Shown here: positions 1-12,405 of the stretch, in pieces
Layout of the letters: each line of letters begins with the position of its first letter
Position numbering within the stretch: position 1 is the stretch's first letter
Assembly: GCA_973895155.1 (NCBI GenBank)
Contig: OZ316897.1
Span: 5,101,976-5,165,975 of the forward strand
Source of the DNA: Marsupella aquatica
Lineage: Eukaryota > Plantae > Marchantiophyta
Length of the DNA: 64,000 nucleotides
Reading direction: 5' to 3'
Notes under the pieces: generated by a model
What the model was told of the DNA's origin: nothing
The model's input: only the letters and a program-made list of their open reading frames with translations
The model's database searches: none
Translations under genes and position numbers: made by a program

Positions 1-404
1 TCCGCACCCTACAAAAGGGAAGTCCTTGAATTGAAGTTGAAGGACTCTTTTCGGAGCACAGGATACAGCTCTAAAATTGGAATATTTTTTTATGTCCAAC
101 TGGCAGATTCGAATGGAAATGTCTAGACGTGTACTCTTGAAATTTGAGCGACCTGGGACCCGTTTGGGTGGCAGAGAACAAGAAGTTTGAAGCTGAATGT
201 GCAGCCAATCTAGACTTTAGGGTCCAGCAGGATAAGATGTTTTCTGTTTTTGACGGTAACCATCAACTTTACGCATGGTCGATCGTTACGAACGAAAATC
301 CCGATGATATCAAGTACCACCCTCGGGTGCAATGTACTATTTTCAAGGGTGAAAAGGGATCTTTGATTGAGATTGAGGCAGCTATGCATACTGTGAACCA
401 ATAA
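1..404 (+). pseudogene. ParB/Srx-like domain fragment (TE-associated, degenerate, 5'-truncated by window edge)
   Basis: ORF 144-404 contains FSVFDGNHQLYAW, resembling the ParB [VI]xDGNHRxxA motif with R->Q. Upstream frameshifted sequence reads LKDSFRSTGYSSKIG. A possible splice donor (ATAAGT, mutated GTAAGT) lies at ~401. Confidence 0.5.
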
Positions 405-841
405 GTTTCTCTTTGAATTTCATTGTCTTTTGTTCATAGTGTTCAGAGAATCCATTCCATTTTACTAGCGCTTGGCGCTAATTACTGATCTATTCTTCTG
501 TAGACTTGGGCAGGCCGTGGTGGAACCTTCTTGGATACTTGACGCTGACAGAATTAAAAAGCCTTCAAAAATTTTAAGCCTTAAAAAAAACTACTTCCCC
601 TATCCTTCGTTTGTCTTATTACAATTTTCTCTCTTCATAAAAATTCTCTCCCAACCACAATCCATCTCCAAATACTCCCAACCTGAAATAAGTTTCTCCT
701 TTCCCTTCCTTTATTTTCCATCCCGACGACAACGAGAACAACAGGCTTATCGAGAGTGCCTGAACTTTACATCCACCCATCCGATGATGAGGATGAAACT
801 GCCAAAAATGATGAGCATATAGGTACGTTTATTGTCCAAGA

Positions 842-1585
842 ATGTTGTTGTTTTGGGTATTTCGTGATGAGCATGAAGTGTGTCATTTTCAATGGCGTAA
901 AAATACACGCCTTTGTTGTGCAAAATCGATGAACGCAGGAGAGCCTGATTCCCAATATGATTTCACATCGACTTTTGAGGTTGAGTATGAGGATTTGCAC
1001 TCACAGCCAGAACCGGACATTAGCCAGGCCATTGAAGAGGCTCACCCAACTGCCTCTAAGCCATGCCAATCAGAGCAAACCACTCAACAACTAGCTGCAG
1101 TGCCGACAGCCAATTCGGACATTCTAGGGTCGGATGGTGATCCTGTTCCAAATCCCACTCCACAACGGAACACTTCTGCCTCAAGGAGACCGGGTAAGAG
1201 GCCTACCAATTTGCAAGCAACTTCAAGGCCTAATTTGGCTCAATTATATGCAGACAAGATAGCAGAGAAGAACTCATATCGGCAGCATATGATTACAGTG
1301 AAGGATAAGTGGAGAACTGAAGAACTTGATGATAGGTGAGAGGCCAGGGAGATTGTAGCACTTCAGACCCTGAAGAGAGATTGCATCCAAAGAAGAGCAC
1401 ACAAGAAACGGGCTAGAGCAGACCGTGTACACCAATTGGCTATGCTGCAAACGCAACAGGCCAACTTCATGTTAACTGAACTTTTAAATTCCAATAGGAG
1501 TCGAGACAAGATCAGAGACCTGATGAGTTTATTTCCTGGAGCTCCAACTACTAACAACACTCGTGACACAGGAGATGTGTTGTAG
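842..1585 (+). pseudogene. Probable C-terminal part of a Harbinger accessory (Myb/SANT-trihelix-type) protein, degenerate
   Basis: Low-complexity linker followed by a charged coiled-coil-like tail (LAQLYADKIAEK...RARADRVHQLAMLQ), with a stop and a frameshift. It is convergent with the Harbinger transposase, as is typical of two-gene PIF/Harbinger elements. No SANT domain is visible. Confidence 0.4.
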
Positions 1586-2408
1586 GAAGAACTGAAGATG
1601 TACCATTTTGAGATGCAGTTTGGGCATCGTGTTCAGTGTGCGAAACTTTGAGTTAATCTTGAATGTAGAGTTTGTGTTAGTAGCGCAGGCTACTTTAATT
1701 CCAGACCTCTGCCAATTTTGAAGGCGCCACCTTGCAATTTTGTTGATTGATGTGAAGCGTTCACATTATTGTACCTTGCACTATTGCATTAAGTTGACTA
1801 TTGGAACTTTGCCATACTCTATGTGCTGTCCTGTATGCCTTTGTATGATGTGCCTCTGTTCACATTCATATTATTCACAAAGTACTTCAACAATCTGCTA
1901 TCCCAAAATGTAGACACTAGAAGCCAAATGCATGTACATTCATGGTAAAATCAGTGCTCTCTTGATAACTGTTGGCAAAAATGTTGCTTGCACGAAGGCT
2001 CTTTATTGAATACTCCATGTCTTTGATCATAGCTGAACACTGGCGAGAATCATCAAAACTTGTATGACAAACTATATCCTAACCTGGATTGAAGCTAGTG
2101 GGAGGTCTTATATATCTGTCTACGCATAGGGCTGTGCTGCCCTGTCTGCATATGAAATATGAATACTCCTCAACGGAATGTAGGGATTGAATGGTCCTAA
2201 GTAAACTTCAAGTACCATTCAAATCCACTTTGAATGCAGGCACCTCTATGTCCAGGCACAACCGGCCTCAACCTGCACAAGGCCAAAAGGCTCGAATAGT
2301 AAGACATTCACATTGTTACAACATATCATGTAACAAATCATGGGCAGCATTTCCATAATAAAACAAGTACTATCGGGTGTAAAGGTTGCAGTATGTCTGC
2401 CCCATACC

Positions 2409-4045
2409 TCATTCAAAGAACAAAAAACCCCAAGGTCTATGATGAAGTTCAAGAGCCTCATCCATGACCCTCACTAGCAGAGCATTGCCCACAGTGGTAA
2501 CTCCACGCCTAGAAACGCGTCCAGGGTCTGGACCCCTCCCCTCTGGTTCTGCTTGTACATCTGGACCTTCCTCTAGTGTCATGTCAATTTCTGCATCGTC
2601 ACTACTGGTCCATTCATCATTTTGGCTCAAACATAGTTGTGGAGTTTTCCACAAACTGTGACCCATCTCACCATCCATGCACTGTCCTTCTTTTCATTTA
2701 GCTGAACTCTGACTTCTTTCAAAGAATGCCAATGAGATTTTCCTTTAAACGTTTTTAGAATTTTTATAACTTTTGTGGGCCACGCAAACCCCATGGCCGG
2801 GGGGAAACAAACAGAAAAGTCACCTCCAATACCAGCACAACAGATCCCAGCCCAGCACACACAACTGCTATCCACTTATCCGCAGCCCCGGTAGCATGTA
2901 TTCCTACCAGCCATCCGGCACCAGAGACCATCCTAACAACCTTAACAAACTTATTCTACTGCAATCCATCCACCTAGCAAGCCTACTACCCTTCCATCAG
3001 TCATTCCTACACTATCCTGATGTGATCCAGCAGTCTCTACGCCTCAACCAAGTGAGCCGCTCTGCATTGATAATCTCTTTCACTCTCAGCAGCCTAGTCC
3101 GTCTGTTGCTCGCTGGCAGTGCAAGCCCGACCGCAGTGACATGGTTCACCGCCTCCGAGAGAGTGAATCGCATATCAAACCTTCGGGCCCCGCCCATCAC
3201 AAACATATGCTCATTTCGACCCAACCAGATCATCCACAATATCTGGTATAAGACAATCATTTTAACTATCTTCCTATATTCCTTACCCACAGCAGAGTTT
3301 ATCATCCCAAGCAGCCCCCCAGAATAATCTGCAAATATTCCCTCAAAGCTTTGTGCATAGAGCTGCCAACAGCGCTATGCATGTTGACAGGTCATGAACA
3401 AGTGTGAAATAGTCTCCATTTCCTTTACCAATTTTGACCGCCTTAACCCCGGTGAAGAGCCCCGATGCTACTACTCGCCACATAAATGTCTTAGCCCTCA
3501 TTGACAAGTCCGATCCCCACAGCCCCGCCCACCTTGCCCTCCATTCATCGCCCATGCTTGCTATTCCCCATGTCCTATTTAAACTCTGTAAATCTCTCAC
3601 CTCCTCTCGCAGCATCTGATATGCTCTCTTATTTGATACTCTGAACCTCCTGAGAGCAGTAGGGTTGTCAGCCCAACACCAGCTCTCCGGCCCAGGCTCC
3701 ACCCCCACTCACAGCTAGGGATGTCAGCTAACAGCCCAATGAATTTGCGTCCAAGTGTTAAGTGTTCCTCTGAAAATCCACATAGATGCCAACGAGATTT
3801 TAAAACCCCAATGCAATGTTCATTTGTGACACGAGCTTTAGCAACACATGTATTGAAGTCTTCTTTGTCAGACACAAGGTCTGCCCTCTTAAAAGCACAA
3901 ACAAGATGAGGCAATGCTTGATAACCAGAATCCCCAAGCAAGTATTGGTCTTCTTAAAAAACGTGGGTACTTCCAACACTAGAGCAATAACCCCAGAGGG
4001 GTGAGTTCCTCAAACATGTGAGGCTGGAGCAGGAACCAGGCATTC
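2409..4045 (-). pseudogene. PIF/Harbinger DDE transposase (HARBI1/DDE_Tnp_4-like), exon 2, interrupted by an L1 fragment
   Basis: After the acceptor ttttgcag at 4046 it reads GMPGSCSSLTCL...LLGDSGY...FNTCVAKARVTNEHCIGVLKSRWH. It resumes after the LINE as WHSLKEVRVQLNEKKDSAWMVRWVTVCGKLHN. Confidence 0.85.
2742..3785 (-). mobile_element. 5'-truncated L1-type LINE (zf-RVT/3' end of ORF2 plus 3' UTR)
   Basis: Motifs WGSDLSMRAKTFMWR, ETISHLFMTC and LWMIWLGRNE; A-rich tail at 2742-2775 on the minus strand. 16-bp TSD ATGCCAAYGAGATTTT at 2726-2741 and 3786-3801. Homologous to the 3' ends of the LINEs at ~54000 and ~57300. Confidence 0.9.
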
Positions 4046-4561
4046 CTGCAAAACAAATATAGAGCACAATTTACACTACAACATTCTAAACACAAAGTCT
4101 TAATCACACTAGAAGAAACCGGGCCATTCTGAGACCCTGCCTTAAGTGACTCGCTTGAGACCTTCCATATTTTGTGACTCCTAGGTTGTTGGTGTCATTT
4201 TTGTTACAAGTTGTTGACTGAGTTTTGGAGAATTCTTGGGAAGTCATATTCCTAACTATGGTGGAAGTTGCAACTATAACTAAGTTCAGCCAACAAGAAT
4301 GAAGTTTGTTAAGTCACTCCCTCTACAATAGAGCTTTATACATGCAAGAGAACTTTAGGGTTAACACCACAATCTAATCCCATTTGACCTCGCCCAACAC
4401 ATAGCATTTGGGATATATCCTAATTTCCTAGTCCCTTTAAAAACATTTGAAAATTAGGACTAAATTAAGGGAATGCCCTGGCAATTAATATTGTGCGAGT
4501 GCGTACATAGCGATACAAGGTAAGTAATCTACCAGGTAAATTAAAGGTACATGGTCTAGGC

Positions 4562-4587
4562 TAGGGTTTTAGGGTTTAGGGTTTAGG
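4562..4587 (+). repeat. Short telomere-like (TTTAGGG)n / telo-box tract near the CACTA left end
   Basis: Sequence tagggttttagggtttagggtttagg. Confidence 0.7.
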
Positions 4588-7500
4588 CCGGGTATGTGCA
4601 TGCCAAAAGTTTACAAGTGGTAGATGTGCCGCTAGCTAGGGTCCCACACTGGCATGCATGTAATCTTAATTGGCCTCATTTTTGTGTCTAAATGGATGGC
4701 TTTGAAGTTAGAATTTCATGTTATCTCTAACCCTCATTAGTGGTCTAACCTTTGTTGCTAAAGCCCGTGTGTGTGCAACTAGCAAGCTCAAGGGCTTGCC
4801 TCAATGGAACAGGGGCTTAGGGGTGTCGGAATGGGTCGGGGTAGCTTTGGGTTTCCAGCAGTTCTGCCACTTTGTGTGGGTTCAGGCGTTTAGTCAGTGT
4901 GTGCAGGTCCTTACTAGCAAAGTGCACCCTTTTGTGAAGCAAACCCTCTTGAGTATTTGCTTCCATAATCCGCAGCCAAAAACAAGAATTCTGGAGGGAA
5001 GCAAGGAAGCAATCGCAGTTTTGGTCCACAACTTGACGGGAGTGTTGAAGGTTTAGGGTGAGGAACAGCGGAGAGCTCATTGCTTGGTGGCAGGGTTGAA
5101 GGTTGTCGGCACATTGTGGAGGTTTAACGAAGTGGGGAGCAAGGTGGATCATCGGGCCGCTCATTGCTTGGTGGCAGGGTTCAAGGTTTAGGGTCGATTG
5201 TGGAGGTCTGTTCATTGTGTGAGGTGGATAGGGTGGCCGCATTTTAGGTTTGTGGAGGACATTGTTTCGCCCGCATTTGCACTGTTGTTGTTGCGGATTG
5301 CTGCACAGCTTGTTTTGTGATAGCGACTTGGTTTGGTTCGGCCCAGGTAAGGCTCCAATCCCCTATCTTTGATATGTGACCTCGTGGCTGCAAGTTTAGT
5401 TGTCTCCCCACGGTCTTCTAAGCTTGCTGTCCATAGCTTACTGTCAGCATTGGAATATCAACCTAGCAAGCGTTGGAAGAGCGCTCAATCAAGAAGGGAA
5501 GCAATCGCACTGATACCTATGAGCTGGGAGAGCTCAGAGAGTCGACTTGCAAAGCTTGTAGTTGCAGACTCTATTTTAGGCGCTCTTGTGTTCAGGATTG
5601 AGGCCGTTGCGAGCTTCAGTCTGGAGGTATTAGAGATTGCTTTATCTGCGGAGTACCTCAAGGAGATAGCGGACAGATTTTGGTCCTAGCATTGCACAAA
5701 GGATTGCGCCCAAGAGTGTGGGATAGTCCCGGGAGCGCGGCCCATCCTAGAGCGTCCTGTCAGTTCAAGGTAAGTTTTCAATGTTTTTGATTGCTTCTGT
5801 CGCCATGCCCTTTCAATTTCTTAAGTCAGACAGCGGGAAGCAAGATGTTTGTATTGTTGAAAGAACGGGAGCGGGCTCCAAACCGGAGACATTGGAGTTT
5901 CTAGTCTGGCCTTTGAGTGACTTGCGCTGAGCTTCTACTGTGGCTTTTGAGGTTGACTAATCGAGTTGCATTGACTGAGCTAAACTGAACTACTACATTC
6001 AGTTAATACTCATTGATCAACCTACTGAGCTGTCGTTGGGAGTTGGAGGTTGTGTTGCGCTCATCTTTGGAGGCGGGAGGTGAAATGCCATAGCTCTCCC
6101 TGTTCTGTCCTCGTGCTTCACTACTTGTATTCAGGTGTTTTTATCAGTTTCAGAGGGGAGGTCATTGTATCTGCAAGCTGTTGGTGAGCTAAGCAACCGT
6201 TGTGTGTAGGTTTAGGGAGTTGCGCGTGCGAGCTGACGACTTGGACCTAAGGCATCAATCTTTTGAGGGAGCTTGGAGTGGAAGCCGACAACTTGGAGCG
6301 GGACTTCAACTTGCTATTACTAGCTACCTTGGACAAAGGTGACAGTCAGTAGCGCAAAGGTGAGACTCAGTAGTTTTAGGGATCAACCATCTCAATCATT
6401 GTGATTGCTGCTCTTGTCTAGTGCTACATGGTGGATTGTTGCTCTGCCCTTTTGCCATGGGTCGCCGGCCTACCGGATGCTATCAACAAATTAAGAACAA
6501 GTCATATCCTAAGTCCCGGTGTTGCAGTGGTGTCCCCGACCCTAAGATGCTTTCCAAAATCATCTTTCTCGTTTCCTGCTGCTGCTGATGTATGTATGTT
6601 CTCCCCTATTTTTGCTTACTGATTGGTCTCTCCACACTTCTTGCTTGACATGACTGTTTGGCTCCTCCCTGTATCAAAACATGCCTTGTGCCCCGTGCTC
6701 TGGCGGTGGGGTGGGGGGGTGAAGAGACGACCTTAAGGTCCACTAAATTTAGTCAAACCGTGCAATCGTTCAGCTGATTTTAGCCGCAAGTTCCCTTGCT
6801 TTCCCCTATTTTTGCTAAGATCCCTCCCCACTAATCACATGCATCCTTTACTTTTCTCGGTGGCCCGTGCGCCTGCCTTCCTACTTTCGTTCTTATGGAC
6901 TTTCCTTAGGTTTTCTTTCACCTGATTTTGAACTTTTTGCACCGGTGGAATCTGTCTTGACAACTTGTGTTCGTTCTAATTGTTAATATCTCAAGAGGGC
7001 CGTCAACTAAGCTGACAGGAGTCAAAGCTAACTACAAGCTAGCAAATAGGGAGAATGCTCCCAAGTCATTTTCCAGAGGGAAGTTACTAAAACTAGACCT
7101 TCACAACTCTCGAAACTGGAAAGTGAAATTCAGCTTGAGACACGCAGCTGAAGGCCACAAGGATAACTATATGGCCACGATGTCCCTCATTCAAGTCCAA
7201 AGTCCTCTTCAGATTGTCTGAACTCCTGAACTGGATGAAGTCCTGTCTGAATGTGAAGTTCAGATTGGCAATCTCTAATGGCAAGTTCTGAACTCTTGTC
7301 TGAACTTCATCCACCCTTCTAAACTGGGATTTGTGCTACGTGTATAGAATCCACATTGTTGCTTCTCCCTTTCGGGCCAGCCCTCCTTGTGAAATGTAGG
7401 AGCACGATCATGGCACTTACACATAGTCTGACATTCAAAAAATGCTACTTCTCAGCAGCATGTTTCGAGTAGTTTGCCTGTGTGTTGAGCCTAATTATTT

Positions 7501-8468
7501 GTTTATTGCTTTAGTAACATGCATGGCCAATTGGTTTCTCTTCATGTAATGGCAAGTTTTTAAAACTTACAACTTGAATTGGTGGTTTGAATTTAGTTAA
7601 GTGTTGAGAAATTAGCATTCACACTAACTATTTTTCTTTTGTGATTGAGTTCTCTTTGCTATTGAATGTATTGAATAATTATTTCATCACAGAAATTTTC
7701 AGAACAAACACGGAAGCACCAGGGGGCTGAGGATTGGATATCGAGGCTGAAGACATTGAGGTAATAAACTGGGTGTGGTTCAGGTGACAATGTTAGCAAC
7801 TGATGCTTCTTCAGGGGAACTTCCCATGTGCAGTTTATCCACAGTCACATGATTGACTTTGGTTCTTGCTGTTTTTCTTTTGGTGTACTCTTGAGTTTGG
7901 TGTCACTCTATCCTTTCTTGTAGCCTCAAAACAGGAACACACCTGCTTAGTGGTCCCCAATTGCCCAATGATTTATAATGACTGTGTCTAGGTGATGTAT
8001 GCATTGCGTGTTCATTCCAGAAGAATGAATATGTACACTTTGCACAAACCTGGACAGATTTTGAATGTTATTTATCTGAGTTTCTGTTTGTGAGCTCTGA
8101 CTTGGAGCCTTAACATTTGTGTTTCTGTGGGGCTGAGCAGAGTTTGTTCCGTCCAGAAGCTGCTGTACTAAAGTGATCGGCCTCCGGCTTGGAGGTGAAT
8201 CTTCAATTTTTTGTGGATCCGAGTGACTTCTGTCCAACTGAGTTTTGCGTTGTCGGGACGATTGTGTTTGGCTAAGATGCTAGATTGTGGCTTGTCTTCT
8301 TGCTTCCAGCTTGTGTATATTCAGTTAATAGAAGTTGGGAACGAAGTGATAATTGAATTTCCTTATATTAAGCATCTTGACCTAGAAACTCAATACATAA
8401 ACTCCAGGAGTCCCTCGGGACATAAAATGAGCCAAATTGTTTCAAAATTGGGAACTTGCCCGCACTAC

Positions 8469-8810
8469 TCAAACAAATGTGTTGGGCTTAATGGCCTTGT
8501 AAGTCGTCTTTAGCTTTCGCGATGGAGGTTGAATCTTGCGGTACGTCAAGGGGAACTTGATCTTTGAATCATGGAACTGCTTGGTACTTTCTCGCTTGCA
8601 CAGAGAGACAGGGACTGTCATAGTCTTGATGATCTGGATGCAAGGGAACCAAACTCTATGACAAGAAGCCATCTCATCATACATCTGCTCTACAACTCCG
8701 TTCAACGTGGTATCACGATATTCCTTGTACATGTTGTGATAACCTGTACGACTCTGATACCTCACCCAGATACCGAAGTTCTTAATTGTGGTGGGCTTCT
8801 TTTCGAAGAT
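8469..8810 (-). pseudogene. RPL18A: Captured last exon of 60S ribosomal protein L18a (eL20), inside the CACTA
   Basis: [38 protein letters not shown]...[11 protein letters not shown]...[15 protein letters not shown]. Preceded by an intron-like tract ending ctaccag and followed by 3'-UTR-like sequence. The N-terminal exons are absent. Confidence 0.92.
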
Positions 8811-9358
8811 CTGGTAGACACATTATTCAGCATTTGCTAACTTCGAAACTAGAAGGTTAACACATTAAACAACAGAGAAACTCACAACATCCTCCTTTGG
8901 TCCTTCAGAGTCTGTACTTTGATTATGAAGTTTGACTGAGTTTCTGTTTACTGAAAGAATGTGACTGTGTAAGAGTTCTGTTTGGCAGTGGATTGGTTGA
9001 AGCACTTCATGCTAGTGTGTTGTCCACAACTCTTCAACCAGCTTTCGTCTTCCTTGTCTTTCACCACTTACGATGACATCAATTCAGCTAAGACCATAAA
9101 AGGTTCCAAAGCATCTAACTTGTCAAATCGCATTCTGCTACATCAAGGACTAAGGTGTTGGGTATCAAAGGAGACAGCACAACAAACACGCTGAAAAGAC
9201 TTCAGGATTGGGTTCAACAAGGTAGTGAAGGTGCTTACAGCCATAGTAAGTATGCATTCTGTATCTTTCTCTATTATGTGAGCTTGTGCATAATGGGAGT
9301 TGTAGTTGGCAAGAGTTCCATAAGGCCAAATATGAATAGATCCAGAAGTATGTGTATG

Positions 9359-9397
9359 AACCAAGTGTAGAGTTGACTCTTTCTGAATATTGTAGTC
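9359..9397 (-). pseudogene. Ubiquitin micro-fragment (DYNIQKESTLHLV)
   Basis: 13-residue exact ubiquitin motif embedded in unrelated sequence inside the CACTA. Confidence 0.75.
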
Positions 9398-9910
9398 TCT
9401 TTCTGAACGTACAGTTTGGTAGGGCCAACGCCATGTGATCATGTACTTGCTCTATAAAGTTCTGAAGATATAAGCATTTTCTGTTAGACCAGGCAACTTG
9501 GGAGTTGGTAAGTGTCACCTGCATCTGAGGGGCTACACCGGGGACATCAATGGAGGTTCACTTAAACAACACGACAGCCAGTGAATTTTCTCTCTGGTGC
9601 AACCTGCAAGGTGAGACTTTCGGTCTTTCTGGATGAAAAAATAGGATCTTAATATGATTGATATACATGTCCGTCGAGATCATGGGTTTATCACCAAGCT
9701 CTTTGTCTTAGGAAACTCATAAACTCACAATCAAATATGTACTATGCACGTTTCATGCTATGTGTATACTATGACCTGTAGTTGGAACCAAGATAGTGAA
9801 TGGGAACTGATTAGTTTAGGTTGGTTGCTGTTGGCGAGGCAAGTCGACCTCCTGCTCGCCTTGCTCATCAAAGGACGTGAACATAGGACATCACAACAAA
9901 AGCAACACTT

Positions 9911-10360
9911 ATGGTGAGGACCCGCAATGCTGAACATGTGTGGCTTGCACGCAAGGTAGAGATGTTGCACCTTGAGTATGTCAGACTTGGGATCCTTCCA
10001 GCCCAGTCTGCATGGTACTTTGAGTACCCTATTGTTTCCAAGAACAACTACAGCCGGCCTCTACCTGCTTCAGTACCCTTCCCGACATCCTTAGTATTTG
10101 TGTCTCTTGTACATGACCCGCCACAAATTAGGTGCCAAGGGTGTGTGCACAGTTGCCAATATGACTGTCCTGCCTGTAGGGCTTCTGGCTCAGAATTGGA
10201 TGACCGTTCTCTTGGATGTCGATTTTTGCACAGAGCACAATGTATCATTTGGAACCACTTGCCATCCTGCAGTGTGTCTGGTGATGTTACTTGTCCTGCC
10301 CTCCTAGACCCCACCACCGGTGACTTTGGTGTCTACACATGTTTGGATCACATGCTCTAG
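9911..10360 (+). CDS. Cys/His-rich hypothetical protein (possible Zn-binding), CACTA cargo
   Basis: Open 149-aa ATG ORF with CQGCVHSCQYDCPAC...C..LH..QC..WNH..SC. Co-oriented with the other cargo genes. Family not recognised. Confidence 0.45.
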   Translation: MVRTRNAEHVWLARKVEMLHLEYVRLGILPAQSAWYFEYPIVSKNNYSRPLPASVPFPTSLVFVSLVHDPPQIRCQGCVHSCQYDCPACRASGSELDDRSLGCRFLHRAQCIIWNHLPSCSVSGDVTCPALLDPTTGDFGVYTCLDHML

Positions 10361-10977
10361 AGGACCACTTGTCACACCGCATGCACAGACCAGATACCAT
10401 TGACCTATAGCTTAACAGTACTCTGACTTCAACACAGAGGATATTTACTTAAAATTTTGATGTATGAGCAATTTTGGGTCCAGGGTTTAGGGTCATCAGT
10501 ACATAACTTATCCTATTATGCCTGCACTAAGCAAAATATCCTAATTTAAGAGGCTAGCAAACTCGCTTAAAAGTCTCTATTGAAAGACTACTTTCATGAC
10601 TGCTTTAACCTAGTGAACATTGCAATGTTCAATGAATTAATGGGCCATGTGATAACCTGTAAAATGTGATTTATGCCTCACTTATTTGTCTCAGCCACTA
10701 TCATAGCCTATTTAGGATGTATAAATTTCAACCCTTATGACACTGCTTCATACCAATCCTCTTTGAAGAATGCCTGTTTTACATGTCACGACTATTGTAT
10801 GTGATTCAAATGCATGAAATGTTGTTGTAGATCTCCTTTGGTGAATCATAGCCACAATTAAAATTGAGGTGTTGGTGGAGCAATTGTATTAGGGGAGAGT
10901 TTTGTGTGTTGGCTCAACATACCAAAAGTATGTCTGCTCTGCATCCTTGTGTGGCCATTCCAATTCATTGCAGTAGC

Positions 10978-11121
10978 AAATGCCTTTGTACCTTAAATGC
11001 TAAATATATTTTACTTTCTGTGCAGTCTGCTAAATTGTAGAGTCTATCTAAATGCCTTTGTACCTTAAATACTAAATATATATTACTTTCTATGGAGTCT
11101 GCTAAATTGTAGAGTCTATCT
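10978..11121 (+). repeat. Tandem duplication of a ~72-bp unit immediately upstream of the PHD ORF
   Basis: Two near-identical copies of aaatgcctttgtaccttaaat...gctaaattgtagagtctatct. Confidence 0.9.
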
Positions 11122-11132
11122 CATGCACAGGC

Positions 11133-11813
11133 ATGGCACGGCCTAAAATTCAAGCCAAAAAGCGTGTGACAGAGGTGAGAAACACAGGTGTACTTGGGGC
11201 AGATGCTACTAACTTCTCTGCAAGTCAGATTTTCCAGAAGGTAGCTCATTGTTGTGCCATTTGTGACGATGGTGGGGGCCTGGTAATTTGTGAGGGCCCT
11301 TGCATGAGGCATTTCCACCTCAACCCGGAGTCTGACCTTGTAGCAAAAAACAACTGTCCAGGGGTGGGCCTCCCGTCAACACACCAGGGAGATTGGATGT
11401 GCACTGATTGTTTGGAGAAGCAGGCTAAGTGTGCACAGTGTGGGAAGTTGGGGTCCTATGAGGGCTCTGTTGATGCTGCAGCAAATGTTAGGAAATGTCC
11501 AGTCCGTTTTTGTGTGAGATTTTTCTGTTTTGAGTGTTTGCTTGCTCATGCCACAGCTTGCCCACTTCATAGGTGCAAGGCATGTGGTGAGCATGATGAT
11601 GACTACTGGACTGACATAGTCCACTGTGCTAGGTGTCCCACTATGCGGCACTATCATTGCCTGAAAGATCGTCAAGCAGAGGGTTATGCTTGTGACAGAG
11701 AAATCTATGATCACTCTGCACATGGTGTTGATCGATGGATATTTTATTGTCATCGCCATGCCATTGATCCTACCTCGCGCACTCCTGTGAGAGATCACAT
11801 ATCTTGGTTGTGA
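11133..11813 (+). CDS. Stand-alone EDM2-type composite PHD finger protein (226 aa), CACTA cargo
   Basis: CAICDDGGGLVICEGPCMRHFH...WMCTDC...CAQCGKLGS...C...C...CPLHRCKAC...CARCPTMRHYHCL...IFYCHRHAID...TPVRDHI. This follows the EDM2 PHD region as recalled (CAICDNGG..CCEGSCLRSFH...CPLHKC...CRRCPKSYHRKCL...IYCQEHEID...TPVRDH). Uninterrupted and intronless. Confidence 0.88.
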   Translation: MARPKIQAKKRVTEVRNTGVLGADATNFSASQIFQKVAHCCAICDDGGGLVICEGPCMRHFHLNPESDLVAKNNCPGVGLPSTHQGDWMCTDCLEKQAKCAQCGKLGSYEGSVDAAANVRKCPVRFCVRFFCFECLLAHATACPLHRCKACGEHDDDYWTDIVHCARCPTMRHYHCLKDRQAEGYACDREIYDHSAHGVDRWIFYCHRHAIDPTSRTPVRDHISWL

Positions 11814-12405
11814 AGCTGAACATTGTACATGCACAATGCACCTGATGTGGATGTACTATTTTTTGAGATTGCAGAGATTCCAATTTTGAAAAGGAGTTGG
11901 GTAGGCGAGTTTATATAGGCAGCACTTATCTTGTGCTCTGGCGTAAGTGGTTGGGTACATGCCTATAAAAACTTATCCTTACAAGCCTTCTTGGAAGTAT
12001 TTAGGCTGAGTGGTCATTTTCATAAACACTTTCATCATACTGCTAAATTAAAATAGGACTTCTAAGTTGTAAGCGTATAAATTATCAGGCATGCAATTAA
12101 TCAAATTGCCCTATAAGTTTGTCATTGAATGTATCCTCCTTTACAACAAAATATGTATGTGCCATGACAAGTTGGTTGCACTTCATTTCACCTTCGATAT
12201 GGATTTTGTAGTATATATTCAAACAATGTCCTACATCCATGCAGGTGCCTAGTACGTATTGTTCACATATCCCTTGTACCTATCAAAATCGGACCTGAGC
12301 ACCAGTGGGCCAGATCAACTCAAAAAGCAGGAATTTTGTTGTCCTTGTATTGTCAGGTGAACCCATTCTTCCAAAATTCACTGTCATCACGTAGGGTGTG
12401 TGTAC

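Noticed and set aside
4562-4587. Telomeric tracts as evidence of a chromosome end or fusion
   Set aside because: Only ~3 units, located inside a transposon; consistent with telo-box-like motifs.
8469-8810. RPL18a as a functional gene or processed retrocopy
   Set aside because: Only the last exon is present, it retains an intron acceptor, has no poly(A) or TSD, and carries non-conservative substitutions.
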